Shown here: positions 35,663 to 47,009 of the stretch, in pieces
Layout of the letters: each line of letters starts with the position of its first letter
Numbering within the stretch: the stretch's first letter is position 1
From: Mustelus asterias
Lineage: Eukaryota
Direction of reading: 5' to 3'
Assembly (NCBI RefSeq): GCF_964213995.1
Contig: NW_027590205.1
Coordinates: 310,001-374,000 of the forward strand
DNA length: 64,000 nucleotides
Translations under genes and position numbers: made by a program
The notes under the pieces: generated by a model
Databases searched by the model: none
What the model was told of the DNA's origin: nothing
What the model saw: only the letters and a program-made list of their open reading frames with translations

Positions 35663-36477
35663 CATTGCTCAACGTTATGTGAATCTCGATGTTACACCAA
35701 CTCAAATGCTTTTGGGAAAATCGGATCTTACAGTAACTCAATTGTCTTTAGGAAAATCAGAATTGCCGTGTTTTAGGATGCAATGGCAGGAAATAAATGT
35801 CTGTATTGTTTGTATGCATATTCGCAACCCGTTCAGTCCACAATAAAATTTAATGCGTTTACAGGTGCAGACTAAGAGCTTTAATCACCATCTGAAACAT
35901 GTCTCCCAGCAGTGCGGGCTCATAAGGACAGACACAAGTGAAACTGTAACTGAACTAGAGGAAATGGCACACATTGCTTCGAAGCTTATTTTTAAAATTG
36001 TTCTTCCTGATAAAGAAATGGGAAAGACCGTTCAGGCAGATGAGGAAATCGGAAATCAGTGCGAACCTCCTGTAGATGAAAGATATTTAAGCGCCAGAAT
36101 GTTCGACACACAGAATAAAGAAGGATCAAGTATAACTAACAGATCATTCTTAAATCTCTTCCCTTGAAAGATATTTGCTTTTGTTTGAAATCTGACTGCG
36201 GTCAATTTCAAAAAGGTACCATGGGATGTGTATTTCCCAGTGACTCGCTTTCTTTTGTTGGTCAGTCATGCTTGCAATTCAATGTTCTCTATTTCAGAGA
36301 TATTCAATTCAGAATGAGGACATTTGAGTTAAATAAATGTATTGAAGTTAAAGGTTGAATCAAAAGAACCGGGAAGATGCAATGTGATTGGATGGGATTT
36401 ATTTTCTCCGCCCATTTTCGCATCAGCAAATTGTCACTTTCTGCAAAAGGAGACTGATGTTCGGTAAGTGATCAAAG

Positions 36478-36492
36478 AGCGCCCTCCCGTGG
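36478..36492 (-). promoter_or_regulatory. Second CTCF motif in an orphan copy of the V-promoter sequence
   Basis: Identical AGAGCGCCCTCCCGTGGACAG, within ~100 bp (36405-36505) that is homologous to 22700-22800. Confidence 0.55.
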
Positions 36493-36529
36493 ACAGTACA
36501 GCAGTGGTAACAGACGCAGAACCAAGATC

Positions 36530-38880
36530 TGAGATATCGGCACTCAGAGAATATCCAGGACAGCTACAACATTGGACAAGAGGAAACATCCGCTCAACAT
36601 CCACACTGTTCGCACCCCTTAGGGTTTTGAAGGTTTCAGCCAATATGCCTCTTACTCTTCTAAACTCCCGTGGGTACAAACCTGACGGTACCATTCTTTC
36701 CTCATAAACTGACCCGCTCATAGCTGGTAATAGCTAAGTGAAACTCCTCTGAACTTTTTCTAACGCATTAACATCTTTCTTAAGATAAGGAGACAAGTAG
36801 TGCACACAATATTCGAGACATGCCCAATGCCCTCGCCAATGCTCAATTTTCCGATCTATCTTTGTGTCGTCAGCAGATTTAGCATTTATATCTTCACTCT
36901 CTTCATCACTGCAGCAATCATCCCACTTATATGTTTCGTGACAAATTCAGCCAGAATGCATTTGTTCAGGTCAAATCGTGTATAATTAACTTGCTTGAGT
37001 TTTATGCTGAGTAACAGAGATGGTTTGTGAGGGTATTTCTCTTATTGGGCGTCCAAAAGTCATGTGATACGGTGCTGCACCACAGCTTGTGAGTAAATAT
37101 GCAGCTCACAGAATAAAATGGACAGGAGTAACATGGATAGGAAATTGGCTGAGTGCCAGGAAACAACTCGTCGCTATTTTTCGGACTTGAGCAAAGCTTG
37201 TAGTGAAGTTGCCAGGAATAGTTGACCTTCCTGGCATAGTAATGACCGAGAGCTTGGTATGGAAGTCAGACTTTCAAGACCTGTGAATGATACAGAACTT
37301 GGAAACATTGCCAACCATCAGTAGATCATGCAGAACTTTAGAACGAAAAAGAACCTAATTGGTGCAATGGGCGTGCAATTAGGAGGTTTAGTTTATTGCA
37401 GAGTAAAGTTACATGCTTAGCTTTGTTGTGCAAAATGTGAAGAGACAAATGGAAATGATGAAAACGCTATGAAAGTGGGTGTCGACGCCGAGGGAACTGA
37501 GAGAATATGTGAATAAATCATCCATGGTGGAAGACAGTTGAGACTGCAGTAAATAAAATAGTTAACAATCTTTGTCTATTGGGGAATAGAATACAGAAGC
37601 AAGGAAATTAGGCCATATCTGTCGAAAGCAATGGAAAATAGTCAACAGAAATATTGCGTCCAATTCGGGGCACCAAACTTAAGGAGGAATGTAAAGCCAA
37701 CAGGATGGCTGCAGAGGAAAAACACGAGAATAGTTCCAGAGTTCAGAAACTTCAATTACAAGAATATATTGGAGAGGTTAGGACTGTTTTCCTTGACAGG
37801 GAGTTACTGACGTGATCTTAGCATGGGTTCGTGAAGGGAAGGTCATGTTTCACTAATTTGGTGGAATTCTTTGAGAACGTTACATGTGCATTGGACAATG
37901 GGAACCTGTGGATGTGGTGTATCTGGATTTCCAGAAAGCATTTGACAAGGTGCCGCGCCAAAGACTGCTGCATAAGATAAAGGTGCACGGTGTTACGGGT
38001 AATGTATTAGCATGGATAGAGGATTGGCTAACTAACAGAAAGTTAAGAGAAGGGGTAAATGGGTGTTTTTCTGGTTGGCGATCAGTGACTAGTGGTGTGC
38101 CTCAGGGATCAGTGTTGGGACAGCAATTGTTTACGATTTAAATAGATGATTTGGAATTGGGGACCAAGTGCACTGTGTCAAAATTCGCAGACGACACGAA
38201 GATGAGTGGCAGAGCAAAGTGTGCAGAGGATGCTGGAAGTCGACAAAGGGATATAGATAGTCTAAGTGAGTGGGCGAGGGTCTGGCAGATGGAATACAAG
38301 GAATTCCCTGCCCAGTGAAGCAGTTGCGGCTACCCCATTGAATGTTTTTAAGGCAAGGATAGCTACATTTTTCAACAGTAAAGGAATGTAGGGTTATGGT
38401 GAGCGGCGCGGTTAAGTGGAGCTGAGTCCACGAAAAGATCTTATTGAATGGCGGAGCAGGCTCGAGGGGACAGATGACCTACTCCTGCTCCTAGTTCTTA
38501 TGTTCTTATTATGTTCTTATTGAGGCATTCAAAATCCTAAGTGGTCTGGAGAGAGTCGATAGAGAGGAACCGTTAACTGGGAGAAGGATCTTGTACCAGA
38601 GGGTGCGGGTCGAAGTTAATTGGGAAAAGAAGCATGGAGACATAACGGAAAACATTTTCAGACAGTGACTGACTCAGATTTGGAATGTGCTGTTTGAGAG
38701 TCTGGTGCAGGCAGCGCCAATTGATGGTTTCAAAATGGGATTGAATTATTGTCTGAAAATGAACAAAATGCTGGACTGTGGGGTAGAGAGTGTTATTGGA
38801 TGAATTGCTCCTTTAGAGGGCAAACACATACACGACGAGTCAAATGGCCTTCTCCACTGTTGTAAATGCTCTATGAATTT
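36530..38880. mobile_element. Cluster of old, nested CR1 fragments
   Basis: ORF 37884-38141 contains [19 protein letters not shown]; degraded RT pieces on both strands. Confidence 0.75.
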
Positions 38881-39684
38881 GAAAGGGGAGGCAGTGGCAT
38901 AGTGGTAATATCACTGGGCTAGTAATTAGGAGGGGAGGCAATTTTCTCAAGGTATATATTCAAAGACAACTACAACAGTACGTGGGATTTAGAATGCAAT
39001 TAAAATTTTGAATTTAAAGTTTGTTTCCTTAATTGCTGCTATTACAAAAAAACACGTTAGATTGCTAATGCCCTCTGGAAAAGGAAACCTTCCATCCTTC
39101 CCCAGCTTGGCCCATACGTAACTCCAGGCCTCCAAGTGGTTGGCGCTAACTGCCTGCTGTGATGTTTTAGAAAACCAATAAATTCAGAGTATTAGCGATT
39201 ACCTACAATTGCTGGCCTCTCCAGCTGGGTTTACAGACAATGAAAAAATAAGAAACAGCAACTAAAATCAGCATTTCACAACATCTGCAATAGCAAAGGT
39301 TGTCCAGGAGATGGCAGTGAAATCGTGATTTTTGGCATGACACAAAACTGAGATTGTCTCAATTATTGCTGCCATGGACTCAGGCTTTGCCCATCGTAAA
39401 CTAGAGCCAGTTTATATGACAAGAAATCCTATTTCTGATAATATGACAATAATTCTGAGTTGATTCCGTACTCATCAAAATCCCAGTTGTTATTATACTA
39501 AACAAAGCCTGAGTTGATATTGCACCGTGCATTCTGGCAGTTACGGCAGCACGGAATTAATTCTCGGCTAATGTCATGATTCTCCATGTCTCTGTTGTTA
39601 CGTCACTTGACCCTCTGTCTTCTGATACTGCACCAGAACACGTTACTGTTTTTATTACACGAGGCGCAGTCTCAGTTATTGCTC

Positions 39685-40016
39685 GGTAGCACAGTGGTTA
39701 GCATTGCTGCTTCACAGCTCCAGGGACTTGGGTTCGATTCCCAGCTTGGGTCACTGTCTGTGTGGAGTTTGCACATTCTCCTCGTGTCTGCGTGTGTTTC
39801 CTCCGGGTGCTCCGGTTTCCCCCCACAGTCCAAAGATGTGCGGGTTAGTTGATTGGCCATGCTAAAATTGCCCCTTTGACGTCCTGGGATGTGTAGATTA
39901 GAGGCATTAGCGGGTAAAATATGTAGGGATATGGGGGTAGGGCCTGGGTGGGATTGTGGTCGGTGCAGACTCGATGGGCCGCATGGCCTCTTTCTGTACT
40001 GTAGGATTTCTATGAT
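39685..40016 (+). mobile_element. HE1-type SINE
   Basis: Same family core and tail. Confidence 0.88.
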
Positions 40017-43000
40017 TGCTGGAACCTGCCACGTATATAGAAACATCGACAATATCTCAATCACTCCTGCACCAGTCTACCTCCATGTTTATAGCGAACA
40101 GCATCCTGTCTCTGTAATTATTGTTTTATTACACGTTTCATTTATTGATGCACTTGCCGCGTCAAAGCTTATATCAATCTAAGGCCTTGGTCTAAATTAC
40201 TGTGTCAGGCTTTGTCTCATTTTATATTATACAATGCCCAGAATCAGACAAAATTATTCTCGGCCCGGTGTCAATTTTATTACGTTTGATGTTCTCTCCT
40301 TTATTATGCGCTAAACCATACTGCTGTTCAGTTTGCACATCATCCTCTCTCAATTATTACTTTACTCTGCATTGCCTCACTTTTTATTCCACTGGGCTAC
40401 ATCTCTGTTTGTATCACGCTAGATCATGTCCCTATATTCTGATAGCACCTATATGAGTTTACATTACACTAGAACCTGTCTCAGTTGAAATTATTGTGCA
40501 CATTGTCTCCACTGATATTAGAATAAATCTTGTCTTTGTTACAGCTGCATGTCTCTGTTTATATTAGAAAGTACCACGCTACTTACTAATACACTAGACC
40601 TTCTCTCAAGAATTACTGAACTGAACCCAGCCTCCATTCATACGAGTGCAGGTACTGTATAAATAATTGTTGCACTCGGCCCTGTCTCTGTATTACGGAA
40701 CAAACGCCTACCCTCAATTTTTATTTAATCATACCCTGTTAGATGGATTGGCCATGCGAAATTGCCCGTTAGTGTCCAAAGATGTGTAGGTAACGTGGAT
40801 GAGCCATCGTAAATGTGCAGGGCCATCGGGGATAGGGTAGAAGGAAGGGTAGAATGGGATAGGGTAGAAGGAAATTTGGGCCGAATGACCTGGATGGGAT
40901 GCAGACTCTATGGGCCAGATGACCTTTTTCTGCACAATAGGGATCATATGGCTCTATGTCTAAGAAATATCACATAATTTCCCTCCTTAAATATTTGTCT
41001 GCTTATTTATTTAAATTAATCTATTTTCTATGAACCCAATTTGGAGAAATAAACTTTCATTCAGCAAATTCCCTTCAATTTTCCAGTGATAACCTTCAAT
41101 CCATTTCCGTCTTCCGTGAGTGTATGAAAACCCTAAACAGTTCATGTATTCAATTGAAGAATAGGTAATACTGTAATTATTTATTGTCAACCATTCTGTT
41201 CTGTGCTCTTGTTTACAAAATGATTTCAGACTGACTATTTTCCCAGCGTTGACTAACAGAGGGTCTTTAGAGATCAGTTGGAAAATGAATAACTCACATG
41301 TCAAATGGCGAGGAGATTTTAAAAAAATGACCTTCTCAGTTTCTCACTGAAATTCCTGATATAAGACTCAAATATGTTCTGATTTGTGAAAATGATGCCG
41401 AAAATGAAGCTGGATATATAGCCGACAGGAGATAATTATAACTTTAATTCTCAGTCCTCTTATTCCTATTGATGCAAAGGATGGAAACATCTGCTGCTCT
41501 CCAGAGAAGGAGCAATATTTCTGTGTAACCGTTACCTTCACCAATTCCATGGTAACCAACCTAAATATTTTCTACTGTGTCTAGGTTGTACAATGTCGGT
41601 AATACGACGAATCAGGATCAGGTGTATCATAAGGGTGTTCAGACCTTGTGTGGTATGAACAGTGATACGGGCTGGTGAACATGGATCGCAGTGGTTCAAG
41701 ATGGAAGCTCATCACCACTTTGTCAGGGGCAATTAGGGAAGGGCAACAGATGCCAGTGCTGCCCAAATCCCATAAATGATTAAAAATTATTCACGAACAA
41801 CAGAGACAGAATCTAATCTAATATAGACAGATATGCTAGCGCAATGATGCCATAAACTGACCGGGAGAGTCATGTAAACCAATGTATGGGATATATAGAA
41901 TAAGAGAGACAGAACATGATATAACATTTAAATAAACATTTTTGTGCGTGTGATCATTCTCGAAAAAAGTAATTTGTCCAATGATAACCGGCAGGTGTCA
42001 AATGAAACAAAATCAGATATAGGTTCTAATTCACAACTGATTGGCTAACGGTTTCCAGAAATAACCATGGAGAATTAGAATATTATAATTTGAATGGCCG
42101 GCTCCAGTGTATCACTAACAGAGGCAGCTGGGCCCGGAGTCGGACTGGGAACTTATATGAGGAAGCAATCATTTCTAGGGCCTTAGCGCAGGTTTCTTTG
42201 TCATGACGAGTCTCGGAGGGATTTGTGTGGCAAACACGGATTGAAAACCCGATGACGACCTCAGGAGTGACTGACTCTACCTGACTCAGAGCTGTTATTC
42301 CCAAGGGGGACAATCGTGGCGGGCTCCATAAATTTCTGTTACCTGAGGTAACAATGGTGAATCTGTCAGAGGAACATAAAATAATCTGTTTCTCTTTCCT
42401 GCAAACAGTTCCACATTTACAGACAGAATTAGGACATATGATGACTGAAAAGTCTAAATATGAAAACTTCATCGGAGGAAAAAAGAACAATAAATATTAA
42501 GGGCAATTGTGCTTTTCCTAAACAATCGATCCAATGCTAATTTGTTCAAAGTGATACTCTTATCTTAACACAAGACGACAGCTGTATAAATATTGCATTC
42601 TATTCAGTCTCAATGAAGGGCAGGGAGAGACACAAAAAGGATGCGAGGACAATTATATAGATGAACCATTAAACTGGTCCCATTCTTGAAAATCCTTCAG
42701 ATTTTAACCCCATGAAGGATATATCTTATTTATTTTCTAAAGTTACTGTGAAATCTGATTCGATCACCCTTTCAAGCTCTTTATTCCAGTTCATAACAAC
42801 GCTTGTGTAAAAGTAAACAATTATATTTCTGTCTCCCTGCTCAATAAAATAAATTTGTGCCCATTGGTTGCTGACCGTCCTCCCAGTTGAAACATTCTCA
42901 CTTTAATTACTCCACTCACAACTTCATGATTATGAACACGAATAAAAGTGTTCAAAAGATAGGAGAGTTAGCAGAAAGAAAAGCAGGTTGCTGACAGATA

Positions 43001-44011
43001 AAAGCTGAGGAACAGCAGATGGAGAGAAAATGATCAAACAATGCAAGATAACAGCTATCATTCCCTTCCTTCACGGAACCCGGGGGAGCTCAGCGGCTAA
43101 TCCACTGACCATCGAGTTATGTCCGGGAATGGAAACTCTAAGCAGATCACACCAGGCTCATTTGTAAATGTCACCGCAATGTGATCTGTGTGACTCTGCC
43201 CTGGCTCTGTGGACAGATATAGGCCGCACTGACAGATGTTCTCACCAGATTGTGGTCCATGGATTTATTTTCTGCTCAGAAGTGAGATGTGTGGTTTGGA
43301 ACCGGCAGCAAGAAACCGGAAGTTGTGTTACCTGAGAATGAAACAACCGGGGCCAGTTTGATGTTATCACCGTAAACAGTCTTCCTGACTGTGAGGGTGA
43401 ACTCACTCTGGCAGCATCAAGAACAACCACACAGATTGCTGCCAGTCTCAGTATTACATTCACTTCTATTCCCAGTTTAATGAATCGAGAAAATGATCAT
43501 ATTTGGGGTTTAAATAGATTAATTGAAGTGAAGATGGACCGAAGGCTATCACTGAGAGAAAAGAGGGAAAATTAAAGCAACATTTTTTTCCCCGCAGAGG
43601 TATTCCATATAAGAAAGTTTCAGTGTGTTAGGTGTTGTGTGAGAGAAATCGAGGAGTGAGGTTAAGTGAGTGAACCCGCTTTGTTTCCGACGCTGAATTT
43701 TCCGCTGATGAGATTTTTGTACTTTATCTTTACAGACACAAGGTGCCTTAAACAACAAAAAATGTTTTAAAACTCGCAGCCAGATCCGTGTCCTGGATAC
43801 CTGTGTAAGTGAGTTAATGGAGACTGAGAGAGAGAAGATAGGTTATCTGATTTAGTTGCAGTCTGAGACAGAGAAAGAGAGGAGAGAAATTCAGTGAGTA
43901 ATTTGAAAGATGCATTGCGTTGGCAGCGAAATGGCCAGATGTGCATCACATTCAAGAGGGTCCAGGGCAATTCATTAACTTTAGGTATTGGCTGAGGCAT
44001 AGAGTGTGTAA

Positions 44012-44357
44012 CCATAGAAACCCTACAGCACAGAAAGAGGCCATTCGGCCCATCGAGTGTGCACCGACCACAATCCCACCCAGGCCCTACCCCCATATCC
44101 CTACATATTTACCCACTAATCCCTCTAACCTGCACATCTCAGGACACTAAGGGCAATTTTTAGCATGGCCAATCAACCTAACCCGCACATCTTTGGACTG
44201 TGGGAGGAAACCGGAGCACCCGAGGAGAATGTGCAAACTCCACACAGACACGAGGAGAATGTGCAAACTCCACACAGACAGTGACCCAAGTCGGGAATCG
44301 AACCCAGGTCGCTGGAGTTGTGAAGCAGCAGTGCTAACCACTGTGCTACCGTGCCGC
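44012..44357 (-). mobile_element. HE1-type SINE with 30-bp internal tandem duplication
   Basis: cgaggagaatgtgcaaactccacacagaca occurs twice at 44221-44280. Confidence 0.88.
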
Positions 44358-45119
44358 TACTGCGTTACCGTGAATACTGAATAAATTACCGTATCATGTT
44401 TAAAGGTAATAGCAATTATTTACACAGTGGTTAGCACTGGTACCTCACACTGTTACGGGCACAGGTTCCATTTCGGCCTAGTGTGGTGTTTGCACATTCA
44501 CCCCGTGTGTGCGTGGGTTTCCTCCAGGTTAACTGCTTTCCTCCTGCAGTCTAAAGATGTACAGGTTAGTTGGAGTGGCCATGCTGAATCGCCCTTTAGT
44601 GTCCATTTGCTGTGCTGTGCAACGTGGCGTATGTTTATTATGTTCCTCAATCTCTTCTGAACAAGAGGATGTTACAAGTTTCATCCCAAGCTTTCAACAA
44701 AATATTGCGGACAATACGAGAGCAATTAAATATTACACGCAGCACCTAATAGTTATTAACAAGACGAAACGCATTCTTAGAACCCCTTTCATCGACAGAA
44801 ATATATTACGTTTTTTAAGCTAATATCCATCTTTTCTCACTCGCCCCTTCTTTCTTCCCATCTGTCAGACGCATTTTATAGAAAACCAATTGCTGAGACA
44901 GTGTCTGCTTTATTATTAGGACCAAATATAAGACAACGTGAGGCACGGATGGTTCAGTAGAGCACGACATAGAGCCTAGCGCAATAATATCTGAGATGGA
45001 GCCTAGTGTAAAAGAAATGGCCTCTTGACTGAACAAAAACACAGAAATGATGATTTGTAGCATTGTCGTCATGTAATAATAAATGAAGCGGCATATTATG
45101 TAAAGTAATAGCAGCATTT

Positions 45120-45192
45120 GGCTCCATGGCTCAGTGGTTTAAGCACTGGCTTTGTAAACCAGGGGTTGCGAGTTCAATTCTCATTGGAGCCT
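45120..45192 (+). tRNA. tRNA-Thr(TGT), mildly degenerate
   Basis: Perfect acceptor stem GGCTCCA/TGGAGCC and TGT anticodon; single mismatches in the D, anticodon and T stems; no adjacent T-run terminator. Confidence 0.8.
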
Positions 45193-45288
45193 GAAAACAA
45201 AATCTAGCTGATAGAAGCTGCACGGAAGAGACTGGGAGACGAAGCAAAGAGCTTTGATCAGTGGAGGGACAGATCGGATGTAGTTTTA

Positions 45289-45621
45289 GGGCGGCAAGGT
45301 AGCACAGTGGTTAGCACTGCTGCTTCACAGCTCCAGTGATCTGGGTTCGATTGCCGGCTTGGGTCACTGTCTGTGTGGAGTTTGCACATTCTCCTCGTGT
45401 CTGCGTGAGTTTCCTCCGGGTGCTCCGGTTTCCTCCCACAGTCCAAAGATTTGCGGGTTAGGTTGATTGGCCATGCTAAAATTGCCCCTTAGTGTCCTGA
45501 GATGCGGAGGTTAGAGGGATTAGCAGGTAAATATGGGGGTAAGGCCTGGGTGGGATTGTGGTCGGTGCAGACTCGCTGGGCCAAATGGCCTCTTTCTGCA
45601 CTGTAGGGTTTCTATGATTCT
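45289..45621 (+). mobile_element. HE1-type SINE
   Basis: Same family core and tail. Confidence 0.88.
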
Positions 45622-45713
45622 AATGTAAACAGACACCAAGATCTATTGCAAATGCTCACATGCAGCATATAAATAGGCATGGCTTAGTGCATTACTGTAC
45701 ATGACTGCGCCAA

Positions 45714-45785
45714 ATGTGTGTGACAGAGAGGGAGGGAGAGAGACAGACAGAGAGAGACACAAGGAGAGAGAGAGAGAGAGAGATG
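45714..45785. repeat. (GA)n microsatellite
   Basis: Direct reading. Confidence 0.85.
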
Positions 45786-47009
45786 CACATTAATACCACT
45801 CCATTTATGATGAATGATCTGCTGAGTGTTTCTGGCATTTTTTTTTCAGACCCATGCATCGGCAATATCTTCCTGATGAGCAACGAGATATTTAATCAAG
45901 TTACTGACAGGATGGCCAATAAAAGTGATAGTTTTATGGATTGATTTAGACGAGGAATATGAGGTAACGAGATTTAGGGAGGGAATAACAGAGCTTAGGG
46001 CCTCGACAGATGAACACATCCCAAACTGAAAAATAATTTTGAAGATAACAATACGAATTGCAGAAAATATATGTTTTTAATTCTATTCAAACATAACGTA
46101 ACAGTCAACACTTGTTCTGTGGCCATTTCGGGTTGTTTCTCTCTGAAACAGATGAGCAAATAATGAATGGACAGATATTTAGCCTGTGGGAGCCCATCTG
46201 GCGATATTGTGAGGACACAATTCTGTCTCTCACTGTCAGTATATCAGTTGAATGGTATAAAGAAAATAAGATAGGTGAACAATTTTTATCGCTAAACTCT
46301 GTGGCATATTGACTCAGTGCAACACAATATTCAACTAATAATGTGTATCACAACAGAGGTTGCTTGATGTTATTGCAACGAGCACTGAACGATTGTTCAG
46401 ATATTGACTTGTCTCCAATGCCGGTTAATCACTGAGAAATTGTTATAACGTTCACGCTAAATATTACCCACATGATAGCAGAGCAATTAGGCGTTTCTCA
46501 CAGCTATTTATATATATTAGCAAAAAAATAAACCTACTCTTCGAAACAAGAATGATTGGTACCGGACAGGCAAACCCATATTATATCGTGATTGATAATA
46601 TCTCGACAGGCAACATATTCATGGTCGTATGTTGGATTAATAGAGACAGGTTCTGATGTAATGTAAAGCGACAAATTCTGTTTAATATAAAAAGAGATGG
46701 CATCTGATGTAATATAATCAGATCCGTCGTCTACTCTAGTAATGATTGACAGGACCAAATCTAGCATAAATAGAGAGATGGCCGAGTGTAGCAAGAGAGA
46801 AATGACCGAATGTAGCGTGAAGAGAGACAGGGTCGACTGTCATTCAATTAAAGACTGGGTCCAGTACAGCACAAATAGCAGTATGGTCTTGTATCAAGCA
46901 GTGCCTTCTGTGTATTGGCCTCTTGCCAGTGGATAACAGTTTCTTCCTAATGAGTAAAACATTCCCATTCATAACTTTGAACTTCTGTACTAAATCTCCC
47001 ATAAAGATT

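Larger units (their letters stand above)
24748..36360 (+). repeat. Decayed tandem array of ~1.25-kb units, each headed by a tRNA-Val copy (about 5 units plus a partial)
   Basis: Unit landmarks such as gacacaagtgatact, gatgaggaaatc and tattcaattcataatgaagacat recur; 33960 to 35211 spacing is 1251 bp. The array is interrupted by LINEs and SINEs. Confidence 0.88.

Noticed and set aside
41500-41600. 'VKVTVT' as a J segment
   Set aside because: No FGxG/WGxG motif and no RSS.
42337-42370. 20-bp micro-exon and TGTTACC-TGA-GGTAACA palindrome
   Set aside because: Too short to distinguish from chance.
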